Both the position numbers and the translations under genes were made by a program. A stretch of DNA of 64,000 bases from Octopus vulgaris (Eukaryota). The DNA is taken from NCBI GenBank assembly GCA_951406725.2, contig OX597826.1, forward strand, positions 29,884,001 through 29,948,000, written 5' to 3'. A model generated the notes under the pieces. That model did no database searches. It had not been told where the DNA came from and saw nothing but the letters and a program-made list of their open reading frames with translations. This document shows, piece after piece, positions 13,446 to 26,705 of this stretch; positions within the stretch are counted from its first letter, which is position 1; each line of letters begins with the position of its first letter.

Positions 13446-13745
13446 ATAGGCTGTTTTCCCTTCGATGGATGTCTCGTTTACATGTCGTATTTGTTGCTGC
13501 TGTTGCTGTGGTGGTATTTTTAATCTTCCAAACGGCATAAGAGACTCTAATAACAAGGAAGAAATATCCAAGAAGGCTTTCTCTCATTGATAAGCTTCGT
13601 TATATTATACACACGTCTTCCTATTCACGCTCACACAATCCACAAACACACACACACACATAGACACATACACACACATGCATAGAAATAAGCATACGTA
13701 TGTGAATACTGAGTACTATGTATGAATATATATATGTATACATAC

Positions 13746-13838
<93 letters not shown>

Positions 13839-14344
13839 CATGTGTGTGTGCGTGTGTATTCTTTATATTCACACATGCATACGCATGTGCACACGCACAC
13901 ACATATATATATATATATATGTATATATGTGTGTGCATATGCATTCATAATATATGTACACATCGTAAACGACACATCTATCACCTGTATATATATACAT
14001 ACGCCTATTTACATATATATATATATACATAGATATACTTATATATATACACACAAACACATATATATATGTATGTGTGTATATATATACACATATATAT
14101 GCATATATATACATATACACACACACAATCAGACATATAAATATATGTTCGTGTTTACCTGTGTGCGTGTGAGTGTGTATGTGTATGTGTGTGTGTGTGT
14201 GTGTGTGTCGCATAGCTATGATACCAGTATCGTCACACGTAAGCTTTGTAAATACACATTAATGCGTTCTCGTTTTCTTCGTCATCATCCTTTCTTTCTC
14301 CACTCCCCGCTCCTCTGTGTCCTCCCCCTCCCCTCCTCCTCCTC

Positions 14345-14405
14345 CCTCTCCTCCTCATCATCATCATTGTCACCGTCGTCATCATCGTTTGTAACCACCA
14401 CCACG

Positions 14406-14444
<39 letters not shown>

Positions 14445-14596
14445 CCATCATCGTCGTCGTCGTCGTCATCGTTTGTAACCACCACCACCACCACCACCAC
14501 CACCACCACGAAATCATCATCATCATCATCATCACCATCATCACCATCATCGTCGTCGTCATCGTTTGTAACCACCACCACCACCACCACGAAATC

Positions 14597-14629
<33 letters not shown>

Positions 14630-14795
14630 GTCGTCGTCGTCGTCGTCATCATCGTCGTCGTCGTCGTCATCGTTTTTCGTCACCACCACCACCACCCCGA
14701 AATCATCATTATCATCCTCATCGTCGTCGTCGTCGCCGTCGTCGTCGTCGCCGTCGTCGTCGTCGCCGTCGTCGTCGTCGCCGTCGTCGTCGTCA
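14345..14795. repeat. Compound trinucleotide minisatellite (TCA/TCG/CCA) with repeated tcgtttgtaacc(acc)n..gaaatc unit
   Basis: The unit tcatcgtttgtaaccacc..acgaaatc recurs 3-4 times between variable triplet tracts. Confidence 0.8.
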
Positions 14796-15227
14796 TAATG
14801 ACCACCGATAGGCGTGTTACATTTGCATAATTTGCTGTTTGCTGTTGCCGTTGTTTCGAAACTAGAAGTATGTATTATTCTAACACATAAAGAACCACTC
14901 ATGCAGACTCCATGTAGACAAACATCCATATACACAATTCGCAATGACCCCCCCCCCCCCCAAATAATACACACTTGAGCTTTTATTAAAATATATACAC
15001 ATGGACATACACACTGAATATACGAGAAGAGTAAATACGCAATACACACTTATATATTCACAAATATGACACTAGAGTGGCTGTGTGATAAGAAGCTTGC
15101 TTCTCAACCAGATGGTTCCAAGTTCAATCCCACTACATGGCATCTTAGACAACTGTCATCTACTATAGCCTTGACTGACCAAGGATTGGTGGATAGAAAC
15201 TGAAAGAAGCATATCGTATAATGTACA

Positions 15228-15490
15228 TACAGGGGTTGGACAAAATAATGGAAACACCTTAGAATTTCAAACAAATCTATTTTTATATGGGGTAGGACCG
15301 CCTCTGGCCGTAATTACAGCTTGAATTGTACGTGGTATGGACTCGTGCAAAGTTTTAAGTGTTTCCAAAGGAATTTTTGTCCATTCTTCAGCTGAAACAG
15401 TCTCCAGTTCTTGTAGTGATGATGGCGGAGGATATCGATTCCTTACTTGTGTTTCTAAAATGCACCATAAATTTATACCTATGTTTGAGA
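15228..15490 (-). mobile_element. Tc1 transposon 3' fragment
   Basis: TA followed by TIR caggggttggacaaaataatggaaacac. Minus-strand peptide NLWCILETQVRNRYPPPSSLQEL..EEWTKIP..ESIPRTIQAVITARGGPTPY is typical of the Tc1 C-terminus. Confidence 0.85.
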
Positions 15491-15753
15491 ATGTGTGCGT
15501 GTATATGCGGTCAAGTACATGCATACAAGCACACACACACACACACAAACACACAAATACACACACACACATATATACAGACAGACATACACACATACAT
15601 ACATTCACACATACACACACATACGCAACATGTATGTACGTCATATGTCATTGACATACGTACTTGTTGCGTATGCGTGTGGGTGTATGTGTATATGTGT
15701 AAGTACGTATATATATATATGTGTGTGTGTGTGCATATATATATATGGACATA

Positions 15754-15801
<48 letters not shown>

Positions 15802-15903
15802 TATGTGTATATATATACACATATATATGTATGTATATATATCTATGTACATATATATATATGTGTATATATATATATATGTGTGTATATATATATGTAT
15901 GTA

Positions 15904-16279
15904 TATATATTTAGTGAAGGGAAGAAATGGAGCTGAACGAAGATTCTACAAAATTCCTTTTATTATTTTCTACACATGTTTCAAAGGCTGCAAATTTCCA
16001 AATTCGGATTGAATAAGGAGACCATTTTGCAGCTTTCTCTTCAGGAAAATCCAGGAATTTAAATCTCCAAACAAATGCGCAGCAAGCTATTCGAACAAAA
16101 CGCTTCCTAGGAGCTCATGGTATGGCACAAAACTGTCTCTCAATGTGCGTTGACGTCAGGGTGGGTGAAGGCCGACGAAAAAGTCCGTTGGAATAAATCG
16201 AGGTCAAACTGCGGTTAAATCTGGTTGGAGAAGAATTACAGAAAACCAAAGGGTGTGAATATATTCTGTATAACTAATG
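15904..16279 (-). repeat. Inverted copy of the PLE pseudo-LTR (pairs with 19001-19376)
   Basis: Reverse complement of 19001-19376, with two mismatches seen by eye. Confidence 0.95.
15965..16050 (-). ncRNA. Hammerhead ribozyme in the inverted pLTR
   Basis: Reverse complement of the HHR at 19230-19315. Confidence 0.8.
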
Positions 16280-17610
16280 ACAAAACAAGGAACACGTACA
16301 AGTTACCCATTAACCAGCACTTAGAATTACTCGGAAAAGAGATCCAGAAGAACTATAGAACAACAAATAGGAACACACTGAGAAAAGTAAACTTGGAGAT
16401 TAAGAAAATAATGGTTAATTACGGAATTCAAAGGAGAACACAGCCGCTTAGCCCTAAACAACCTAGATTCATCGTTAAGGACCACAAACCAAATTTCTAC
16501 ACCAACCCAGCGTTAAGGCTCATATGCCCTTCTAGTTCTGACATCGGCGCCATCAGTAAGTACATTTTAGACAAATATATTCCTAGTTTAGTCAATAAGC
16601 TGAAGCTTAACCTCTGGGCGAACTCCTCGCAGGTCGTAAAGTGGTTCTCTTCTATCCCTAATAAAAACCGAACTAAGTTCATTCAGTTCGATATTGCTAA
16701 TTTCTACCCCTCAATTAACCCTAGTGTACTTAATAAGGCCCTGTGGCATGCACACAATAAGGCAGGTCTCACTAGAGAAGAAATTGATATAATTCTAGTC
16801 GCCAGAAAATCATTTATAAAGTTTGAAAATAAGTTGTGGGTTCGTAAAGATACTCCCAACGAGTTCGATGTGCCTATGGGTAGTTCAGATAGCGCGCAGA
16901 TTGCCGATTTGGTCGGAATCTATATTCTCTACGAATTATCCGACCAGTTCCCGGATATCGGGGGCGGCCTATATCGTGACGATTGTCTGTTTTACCTACA
17001 AAACACCACGAACAGAATCGTACAGAAAACTAAAAACAGATTAGCTAGGTTCTTTAATAGGATGGGCATGAGTATAGTTTTTGATAACGAACTTACTAAG
17101 GCTAATTTCTTAGATGTCACACTAAACCTCCATAGCGATTCTTACTGCCCTTACCACAAGCCTTCCACTAACTTAAAGTATGTCAGTGTCTTCTCGAATC
17201 ACGCTAAAACTATAACAGACAATTTGGTTAAAAATATTTCTCAAAGATTAACTAATTTGTCTGCCAATGTCGACATTTTTAGGCAGAAAGCGGAATTTTA
17301 TAATGCCGCCCTGTCTAAAGCCGGTTATAGGGAGAAGGTAGTATATATAGATCCGGCCCTTCCGATGCCAGCATTCTGTCATCAGGATAGGGCCGGCTAC
17401 AATAACATAAATAATTTAAGTAGTGATGGTAGCCTGAGGAATGTCGAAACAAGTACATCTAGAATAAATTTAGGTAACATAAATAATTTGCGGTCCAGGG
17501 AGGCCATAGTAAGTCAAAACCTATTATTCAACCTAGAAATACCCACCTTAATGTCAGAGTTGACTCCCCGACCCAGTACAAAAACAGGAATAAATATATT
17601 TGGTTTGTAA
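16225..17610 (+). CDS. PLE reverse transcriptase (N-terminally truncated; the first ~18 codons come from the inverted pLTR)
   Basis: KDHKPNF, QFDIANFYPSI, PMGSSDSAQIADLVG, LYRDD, NFLDVTL and YHKP motifs. Confidence 0.9.
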   Translation: MEKNYRKPKGVNIFCITNDKTRNTYKLPINQHLELLGKEIQKNYRTTNRNTLRKVNLEIKKIMVNYGIQRRTQPLSPKQPRFIVKDHKPNFYTNPALRLICPSSSDIGAISKYILDKYIPSLVNKLKLNLWANSSQVVKWFSSIPNKNRTKFIQFDIANFYPSINPSVLNKALWHAHNKAGLTREEIDIILVARKSFIKFENKLWVRKDTPNEFDVPMGSSDSAQIADLVGIYILYELSDQFPDIGGGLYRDDCLFYLQNTTNRIVQKTKNRLARFFNRMGMSIVFDNELTKANFLDVTLNLHSDSYCPYHKPSTNLKYVSVFSNHAKTITDNLVKNISQRLTNLSANVDIFRQKAEFYNAALSKAGYREKVVYIDPALPMPAFCHQDRAGYNNINNLSSDGSLRNVETSTSRINLGNINNLRSREAIVSQNLLFNLEIPTLMSELTPRPSTKTGINIFGL

Positions 17611-18626
17611 TTCCTTTTGGTAAACAAATAAGATCTAATCTACCTCTGCAGTTTCGCCAAGCCATTGCCAGTAATTTTCCCAGAAATTCCAGATATTACG
17701 CCACTGTTAACTCACACAAAGTTAGGATAGCCTTCTCCAACACAAAAAATCTCTCACAGATAATTTCCTCCCATAACAATAAGCTGCTAAATAAGACCCT
17801 CTCACCCTCTTTCGGAGACGCAGCTCCGTCTAATGCCAGAATAACGCGCAGTAATAATAATAATAATAATAATGATAATAGAACCGGCACAGAGATTAGC
17901 AATCTCCATACCAGCCATGGAGTTAATAATAGGAATAAGGATAGGAGCAATGGTGACGACACTAACGTTAGTAATGGTAATAGGGATGAGAGCACTGTCC
18001 GAGTCATTAATGTAGAGAGTCCCAATAACACTTTTAGCAAAGGTTTTGACAACAGTAGGATCACGGACATTAGCAATCACAGCGATCTCAGTGACAGGGA
18101 ATATACAGGTGATATTCCATTAAATAGTATTGATAATGGGGTGTATAATGTCGAAGACAGCCGCAGTTCTCACAATCATCATAGTAATAAGAACGCCGTA
18201 TTAATATCGGAAGCCAATCCCAATAGAATAAGGTTCTTATCTAGTAATTCCAAGATTAGAAATGCCATTTACCAATGCAGAGTTTATACTGAATCAGATG
18301 TCTACTTGTATATCAGAGCGTCATCATCAAAATTGGCCGTGAGAATATCGAACCACTTCACAACATTTCGCGATTTTAGAAAACAACACGCGACCGGACT
18401 AAGTAAATTAATCTGGCGTTTGAAGAACGCGAATTCAGCATTTAGACTGGAATGGTCGATTTTATCGGTGTCTGTACCGTTTGATAGAGGCAAAAGAATC
18501 TGTAATCTCTGCAACTCTGAACTTTTTCACATTTTGTTCGCTCGAGGGCAGCTAGTTAACGCGATTTTGCAAAACTCTTTTAGATGTCCCCACTGGAGGC
18601 GGCACACATTTCTTGCATACAATTGA
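17487..18626 (+). CDS. PLE thumb/linker, Asn-rich insert and GIY-YIG endonuclease (-1 frame relative to RT)
   Basis: Frame is open from 17487: YIWFVIPF..VRIAFSNTKNLSQIISSHN, Asn-rich tract, AIYQC..LYIRAS..RISNH..TGLSKLIW..CNLCNSE..CPH. Confidence 0.85.
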   Translation, partial: FAVQGGHSKSKPIIQPRNTHLNVRVDSPTQYKNRNKYIWFVIPFGKQIRSNLPLQFRQAIASNFPRNSRYYATVNSHKVRIAFSNTKNLSQIISSHNNKLLNKTLSPSFGDAAPSNARITRSNNNNNNNDNRTGTEISNLHTSHGVNNRNKDRSNGDDTNVSNGNRDESTVRVINVESPNNTFSKGFDNSRITDISNHSDLSDREYTGDIPLNSIDNGVYNVEDSRSSHNHHSNKNAVLISEANPNRIRFLSSNSKIRNAIYQCRVYTESDVYLYIRASSSKLAVRISNHFTTFRDFRKQHATGLSKLIWRLKNANSAFRLEWSILSVSVPFDRGKRICNLCNSELFHILFARGQLVNAILQNSFRCPHWRRHTFLAYN

Positions 18627-19000
18627 AGCCTAAGATAATTAACACCTTGATGTCCTAAGAAAAGAAAAAAATTTTGGAAAAAATTTGGAAAAAAATTTTG
18701 AATTAAATTTGTAAGGGGAAATTACTCCCCTTTTAGCGTATGATCTGTTACTTATTTAGAAACAATATCAGGGATTATACTCCCCTTGTTTGACAAGTCA
18801 TCTGTATACAAACTGGCCACAGACGAACACACAGACAGGCTTTTATCAGCCGCTTGACCAACAATATCAGCAATATACTTTCCCTCTAGCTGCTTCCTAA
18901 CATACTGCCACACATACACAGGCGCACACACACATACATGTAGGTAGTTTCTCACACCTAAATAAGATAGCTTTCATTCTTAAAACAATCCGAACATTAA

Positions 19001-19376
19001 CATTAGTTATACAGAATATATTCACACCCTTTGGTTTTCTGTAATTCTTCCCCAACCAGATTTAACCGCAGTTTGACCTCGATTTATTCCAACGGACTTT
19101 TTCGTCGGCCTTCACCCACCCTGACGTCAACGCACATTGAGAGACAGTTTTGTGCCATACCATGGGCTCCTAGGAAGCGTTTTGTTCGAATAGCTTGCTG
19201 CGCATTTGTTTGGAGATTTAAATTCCTGGATTTTCCTGAAGAGAAAGCTGCAAAATGGTCTCCTTATTCAATCCGAATTTGGAAATTTGCAGCCTTTGAA
19301 ACATGTGTAGAAAATAATAAAAGGAATTTTGTAGAATCTTCGTTCAGCTCCATTTCTTCCCTTCACTAAATATATA
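19001..19376 (+). repeat. PLE 3' pseudo-LTR segment duplicated in inverted orientation at the 5' end
   Basis: See 15904-16279. Confidence 0.95.
19230..19315 (+). ncRNA. Type I hammerhead ribozyme in the PLE1 pLTR
   Basis: Stem I attttc/gaaaat; CTGAAGA 19236-42; stem II gaaagctgcaaa/tttgcagccttt; GAAAC-atgt-GTA 19298-19309. Confidence 0.85.
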
Positions 19377-19528
19377 AAACTTCAATTATCCGCGCTAAGG
19401 CACGGTTACGACACCCCATGGTCGTAACCTCAACCGTGTTTTTTCTGTTGTGATTTTTGCTACCCAGGTATCGGTTAAATTTTGAATAATCCGTAACAAG
19501 ATAATTCATTTATCCATTTCAATAAATA

Positions 19529-19634
<106 letters not shown>

Positions 19635-20310
19635 AATGCGTATGTGCCTTTATTCTGTGTTTGTTGCCACACCACCGTATGGCAATCGGTGTTGATGTGT
19701 TTACATCCATATAACGTTAGCGGTTCGACAAAAGGAACTGATAGTATAAGTACCTGGTTAAAAAAAAGTTAGAAATAAATACCGAGGTCGATTCATTCGA
19801 GTAAAATCCTTCAAGTCGGTGCTGCAGCATGGTCGCAATCTAATGACTGAGACAAATAAAAGCAAAAATCCACACACAAATACAAAACTTATTCACGCAT
19901 TCACACAATACTCAGCACAGCCTTTACACATTCTACACACCATGGCCTGCCCGGCAAGTAGACTTGATCAGGCACTCAGGTTAAATGCTTACTCTAAGGT
20001 ACCTAAGGTCCTTTTAACAGTGTCAACACTGCTGCATGCATTCGGTCCAGCTCTCCGCTTTGTGGACACCTCGATTGCTCCCTTACTTATGCTAGTGTCG
20101 AAGGAGCTACAAAGGATTAGGGGTAGCCCTTTCTCTATGACTATAAGCCACAAACGAATTAGAAAGTAAAATTTTATGTTTAGCATTTTAGGAGTTTGTT
20201 TAAGATGAACTACTGGCTGGCTTAATATGCAGATGGCTGAGTACTCCACAGAAATCTGTACCCTTCAAGTAATGCTTAGAGAGAATTAGAGTGATGCAAG
20301 TATGCCTTTA

Positions 20311-20515
20311 TACGAGAGGGGTGATGAAAAGTCCCTGGCTTTGGGTAAAAGAATATGTAGTGGGATCAGTTAATTATGATTTTATTTAACATATTCCCCT
20401 CTCAAATTCACACACTTATTGCAGCGGTCCTTCAGTATTTTGTAAGCCCAGTAAAAGAACTTGGAAGGTTGGACACCAACTAGGACTTTCGCGATACTCT
20501 TAAATCCAGGAACTT
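20311..20515. mobile_element. Mariner-derived MITE (decayed)
   Basis: tacgagaggggtgatgaaaagtccctggcttt terminus. The body is a reverse-complement homologue of 51522-51719. Confidence 0.6.
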
Positions 20516-21108
20516 CATATTACTGATATTACAGATACAGTCTTTCTAACAGGCTTCCATACAGTTTCCATCAACTAATTTTTATATACTAGACTGAAGC
20601 TATTGTATAAGTAACTGGTACAAAACTATACTCAGTAGAATCGAATCCCAAACTTCATGAATACGAAGCGAACTTCAAGATACTCCATCATGCTTGCGCC
20701 CATACAAAGTACTCGCCCACATGCATGCATGTCAGTAGGAAACAATATGCAGATAAGCAATTAAAAAAAATCAATGAATAAACCTATCTCAAAAATACTA
20801 TAAAGAACTACAACAATGACGAATGAAAAATGAATTGACAAACGAAACGATGACAGTCATAGAGAACACGTTAATATAACATTAGAAACTAGCCAAGGAC
20901 AGCGATAGCTGTAGATAATAGACTGAATTTGCTTTGGCATGAAAGTGGTGTGTCGAGAAAATGAATTCATTTTGTGCATGTAGGAAAAATTTTTTATAGT
21001 ATAAAATTATACATAAAGTATTTCTATGTATGTATGTGTGTATGTATGTATGTATGTATGTATGTATGTATGTATGTATGTATGTATGTATGTATGTATG
21101 TATGTATG

Positions 21109-21169
<61 letters not shown>

Positions 21170-22212
21170 GTCTATATCTTTACATTCATACATGTATACA
21201 CACATACATACATGTATGACACATTCACACATACACATTTAAAAGCTGTCGGAATTGCATCGTTATCTGATTGACAACTGAGGAAGTTCTTTGACTGTGT
21301 TAAATATGGTCTCTTTTTAATGTTCCGCTCTCTCTTTAATGTCTCCGTTCGTTCTCACACTCACTATTTGCTTTCTTTTACATACCTGTATCATTGCAGA
21401 TTCCTATATTTTTTATTGATCTTCGTAGAATGTAAATTAGAGGTTAATAAGGAAATTTCATAGAAAGGTGATACTGTTTTTGTGACTGGTGATAGTTCAT
21501 CAGAATCGTAGCATAGTTTGTGTATGTGAGTGTGTGCCAGTGTGTGTGATTGTATGTGTGTGTGTGAGTGTGCGTGCGTGTGTATATATATATGTATGTG
21601 TATTTGAATGTATGTATGTGTATATGTGTATGTATATACTTAAGCTATAACTCACTGTTTATCTATCGCTTTGTTTGTCCGCCTTTTTGTCTATCTTCTT
21701 TCGTTCTACCGCTGAACAAAATTGAAAACTAAGAACCTAATAATATAAATATTTTAAATGTTATTTCAATAAATATTATCAAAAAGTGTAAGAACAAAAG
21801 AAAATTAAATGAAAACAGTTAACGAAAAATACAACAAACCAAAAAAGAACCAAATACAATAGGAAATTTCCATTAGCGTTCAGACAATCTTTTTAAATGC
21901 AAAGTCGTCGTATATTTTGTAGTTTTGTTTTTGGTAAAGTTACATAGAGGCGCCTCAGCATTTCACTAAGAGTCCAATGTATAATGATTTAGGCTTCTGA
22001 TAACATTTCATTCAGTTAGTTAGCTCGAAAATCGCTGATAAAACGGAATAGCAAGAAAAATTGTATCGTCTGCTTCTTTCATTTATCATTATTAGCAAGC
22101 GGTGCCAATTTATCTTAACTGTTTCTATCAATTCTTCTTCCATCTTTCTCTTTTTGCATTTCATTATTGTTTGCTTTACAATAGCGACACAATAACAACA
22201 ACAGCAACAATA

Positions 22213-22270
<58 letters not shown>

Positions 22271-22379
22271 GTAGTTTTCTCCTGTCTTTCCGTTTGTTCT
22301 GTATTTTCAGTGTATTTCGTTCATACCGTTTCAGTCTATCTATTTATCTCTCTCTCTCTTTCTCTCTTTGTCTGCCTGT

Positions 22380-22466
<87 letters not shown>

Positions 22467-22494
22467 GCTAGCTAGCTAGCTAGCTAGCTAGCTA

Positions 22495-22529
<35 letters not shown>

Positions 22530-22559
22530 AAGTATTAACGTACAAGATCTGATTGTGTT

Positions 22560-23519
22560 TTACTTAATTGAGCCGTTGCACTGCGGCCATGCTGGGGCAC
22601 CACCTTGAAGAGTTTAATCGAAAAAATCGACTCTAGCACTTATTTAAAAAAATGTCTGGTCCATACTCTATCGTACACTTGTGTCGAATCACGACGTTAT
22701 AGGAATATAAACAAACTAAAACCGGTTGTCAAGTGATGGTGTGTGTGTGGGGGGAACAATCACATAGACACATATTCACACAGATATACATACCCTTACT
22801 GTAATACTGTATCGGATGTCAAACACCGCTGGTCACTATGCGCTTTGTCACAGTCCTGGAAGTTTTCGATTGATATCATCCACTTGGATAGATGAGCTGG
22901 ACAGCATTCCCTCTGAATGGCGTGCCTCTCCATCATAGCTGAGTGAACTAGACGCAACGCGAAATGAAGTGTTTTGCTCAAGAACACAAAACATTGTGTC
23001 TAGGAATCGAGCTCACAATCTCGAGCTTGTGAATACAGTAACCTAAACACTAGGTAATGCGCCTTCACACACACACGCACTCATACATATTCACACACAC
23101 ACACACTCACACATACAAACACATACACATACGTATTTACGACAGGCTTCTACACAGTTTCCGTGTACTAAATACACTTACAGAGCATTGGTTATCCTGG
23201 AGCTATAATAGAAACCATATGCCCCATTGCTGCACAGTGAGATTGAACTCCGAACCACATGATTGAAAAGCAAATTTTTTAAGCACACAACCACACACAC
23301 ACATACACACTACTCATATATTATATACTCTATTATTCTTTTAGCCCAGTCACTAGACTGCGGCCACGCTGGGGCACCACCTTGAAGAATTTTACTCGAA
23401 GGAATCGACCCCAGTGCATTTTTTAAAATCTAGTACATATTCTATGGGTTTTTTACGGGGACTTAGAAACACTAACACTGGTTGTCAAGCATTTGTGGTG
23501 GACAAACACGGACACACAA

Positions 23520-23553
<34 letters not shown>

Positions 23554-23700
23554 GTATACGACGAGCTTCTTTCAGTTTCCGACTGCCGAATCGTGCCATA
23601 AGGATTTGATCGGTCCGAGGCTATAATAGAAGACATTAGACTAGGGTGCTACGCAATAGGACTGAACCCAGAACCCTGTGGCTGAGAAGCAAGCTTCGTA
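22560..23700 (-). mobile_element. Cluster of decayed family A and related SINE copies
   Basis: Recurring ctgcggccatgctggggcaccacc, ggttgtcaag, cagtttccg and actgaaccc segments. Confidence 0.7.
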
Positions 23701-23859
23701 CAGCACGTGTATGTATGTATGTATGTATGTATGTATGTATGTATGTATGTATGTATGTATGTATGTATGTAGGTATGTATGTATGTATGTTTGTATGTAT
23801 GTATGTACGTATTCTCATGCATATAGTTGCATATCTAGACATTCTCATATATATTTAAA

Positions 23860-24260
23860 TGATAAACTCCTGGAAAGTTTTACATATTTTTACAGTTCCA
23901 GTGATGGATTGGATCTGTAGTATTCGAATTAGCTTTCTCCTTTCTGGTTTTGAGAATCCTAATTTTCTCAACATTGGTATTTAGGCAATGTGTTACATAT
24001 CCCAGGATCCCAATAATTACAGGTATAAACCTGAACTTGTAATCTGGATAGAGTAACGGCAGATTTCTCAAAAGTTCAGCATAGGTATTCTCTTTATCAC
24101 TGATCTTCAGCTTTATGTTTACACCCGCTTGACAGCTCATTTCCACAACTGTGCATAGTTTCTCTTCTCTATCCCAAATCATTATATCAAGTCTGCTGTT
24201 CACTCAGACATTCCTCCAGTATTTCTTTTCATTATGAGTGTCTATGGCTTCTACCATACT
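23860..24260 (-). pseudogene. 3' fragment of an RLE-type non-LTR retrotransposon (R4/NeSL/CRE-like endonuclease)
   Basis: SRLDIMIWDREEKLCTVVEMSC...K.SDKENTY.EL...FIPVIIGILG matches the PD..D/E..K restriction-like endonuclease C-terminus. Flanked by (TATG)n. Confidence 0.75.
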
Positions 24261-24359
24261 TTGTATGTATGTATGTATGTATGTATGTATGTATGTATGT
24301 ATGTATGTATGTATGTATGTATGCATGCATGTATATATATATATATATATATATACACA

Positions 24360-24622
24360 CTGTTGTGTCTGGGAATAGTCATTCTCTTTTAGTGCCTTAT
24401 AATTTAACACACTCACCGGTAAAATTTCCACTCATTCACATATTTAATTTACCTAAAATTTTCGTTGCGTTTGAATCTTTTCGATAGTTGTTCACTCTTG
24501 AAAAGGTTGCAAGACGCAACGAAAATTTTAGAAAAATAAATAGGCAAATGAGTGTAAACTTTACCGGTGCGTGTGTTAAATTATAAGGCACTAAAAGAGA
24601 ATGATTCTCCCCAGACACACAG
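24360..24622. mobile_element. Palindromic MITE
   Basis: ~130-bp arms: ctgttgtgtctggg..tagtgccttataatttaacac..caccggtaaa versus tttaccggtg..gtgttaaattataaggcacta..cccagacacacag. Confidence 0.85.
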
Positions 24623-24796
24623 AATATGCATCAACCCACGAACTCACATAAAGAATCTTGCAAACTAAATCCCAAAACGAAATATATATATATACATACT
24701 TTCATTAAAGCTGCAAAATCATCACAAAATCTGTTACTCAGAGTTTCAGGCTTCCGTTCGTCAACAAAATTTCATTGTGGGTGAAATTTAAACATA

Positions 24797-24961
24797 GGCG
24801 CAGGAGTGGCTGTGTGGTAAGTAGCTTGCTAACCAGCCACATGGTTCCGGGTTCAGTCCCACTGCGTGGCATCTTGGGCAAGTGTCTTCTGCTATAGCCC
24901 CGGGCCGACCAATGCCTTGTGAGTGGATTTGGTAGACAGAAACTGAAAGAAGCCTGTCGTA

Positions 24962-25019
<58 letters not shown>

Positions 25020-25268
25020 GTGTGTATGTGTGTGTGTTTGTGTGTCTGTGTTTGTCCCCCCAACATCGCTTGACAACCGATGCAGGTGTGTTTACATCCC
25101 CGTAACTTAGCGGTTCGGCAAAAGAGACCGATAGAATAAGTACTGGGCTTACAAAGAATAAGTCCCGGGGTTGATTTGCTCGACTAAAGGCGGTGCTCCA
25201 GCATGGCCGTAGTCAAATGACTGAAACAAGTAAAAGAGTAAAAGAGTAAAAGAGTAAAAGAGATATTT
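24797..25268 (+). mobile_element. Full-length tRNA-derived SINE (family A) with 13-bp TSD
   Basis: ggcgcaggagtggctgtgtggtaag head, B-box ggttcagtccc, (aaaagagt)n tail. TSD aaatttaaacata at 24784-24796 and 25269-25281. Confidence 0.93.
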
Positions 25269-25963
25269 AAATTTAAACATATTCTCTGTTTCTGGTGCGC
25301 GGTACGAAAAGAGACAATTTTTTAAACCGATTACATCGAATTTGGCTGTGGTGTGAAGGAAAATAGTGCAGAGTTTAGAATTTGAGCGATGGAATTTGGT
25401 GTTCTGTCGTAGATCTTTGCCCTCCGTTTGTACCACAAATTGATAAGTGTATTACATCACTAGAGAAATCTTATTTTACGCTGGCGAAGTTTTCCTCAAA
25501 CCAACCGGAAGCCAGCATCAACGTTATTTAGTAGAACGGTAAGGTATCAATCTAAATGTCCGTTAAAACGAAAAAGGGATGAAAAAAATAGAAAAGATAA
25601 TATCTTGGCACCGAAAGGAAGAAAAACAAGGGTAAAAGAATGCTACAACATGTTTCTTATTTTCCTGGAATAAGATATCAATGTCACACAAGCTTATTTC
25701 CTTTCCCAAATACGCCTGGATTTTTCTGGTTACATAAGAAATCAATCTCAATTCCAGCAGAAAAACCAAAGTTCTTCCGAACCGAAATCGGGCGATCGAT
25801 ATTTCCAACTGATCCTTCGATTTCATCAGTGTCAGTTCTTTAATCTGTACGCATTCTTTGCATCTCTGTTATTGCTGTTGTTGTTGCCATCATTGTCATT
25901 GTTCTTATTGTTGCTGTGGTTGCTGGTGTTCAGCTGTTCACATGTATCTGAATACATGCATGC

Positions 25964-25994
<31 letters not shown>

Positions 25995-26246
25995 TGTATG
26001 TATGTATGTATGTATGTATGTACGTACGTATGTATGTACATACATACATCCACACATGAACGTACGCACATTAATGTTTATATACGCGCATATATGAAAG
26101 TTTACATATATATGTTTACACACACACATTCATATACAAACACACACACACACATACATATGTGTGTGTGTGTGTAAATATATTCATATATAAATTTATG
26201 TATATACAAATATATATTCCTATAGGTAAAAATGTATGCATGTGCA

Positions 26247-26290
<44 letters not shown>

Positions 26291-26598
26291 CATACATACA
26301 TACATACATGCATACATATATATACACACACAGACACATACACACAAATATATCAACAAGATGTCACTTAATTATTGAGTATATCGAATATTTGTTTTTA
26401 AAATATTTTTTGATGAAAAATTTTCGTCGTACCATATGTTAAGTTTTTCAAACACTTAATTACACTTTATTTTATTCTTATTTTTCTCTCTTTTGTCTTT
26501 ATACAATTAATTATAGTAGTTGATTATAGATAATCTATATTCTTAACACATCTTGCTGTATTCGTCTTCACAACCACCTTGCAGTAACGAACCACACA

Positions 26599-26705
<107 letters not shown>

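Larger units (their letters stand above)
15904..19526 (+). mobile_element. Penelope-like element 1: 5'-truncated, young, with inverted pseudo-LTR at its 5' end, inserted in (TA)n
   Basis: RT plus C-terminal GIY-YIG; 376-bp inverted repeat; HHR in the pLTR; (TA)n on both sides. Confidence 0.93.

Noticed and set aside
24797-24870. tRNA genes at SINE heads
   Set aside because: A and B boxes are present, but they continue into SINE bodies with TSDs and do not form full cloverleaves.
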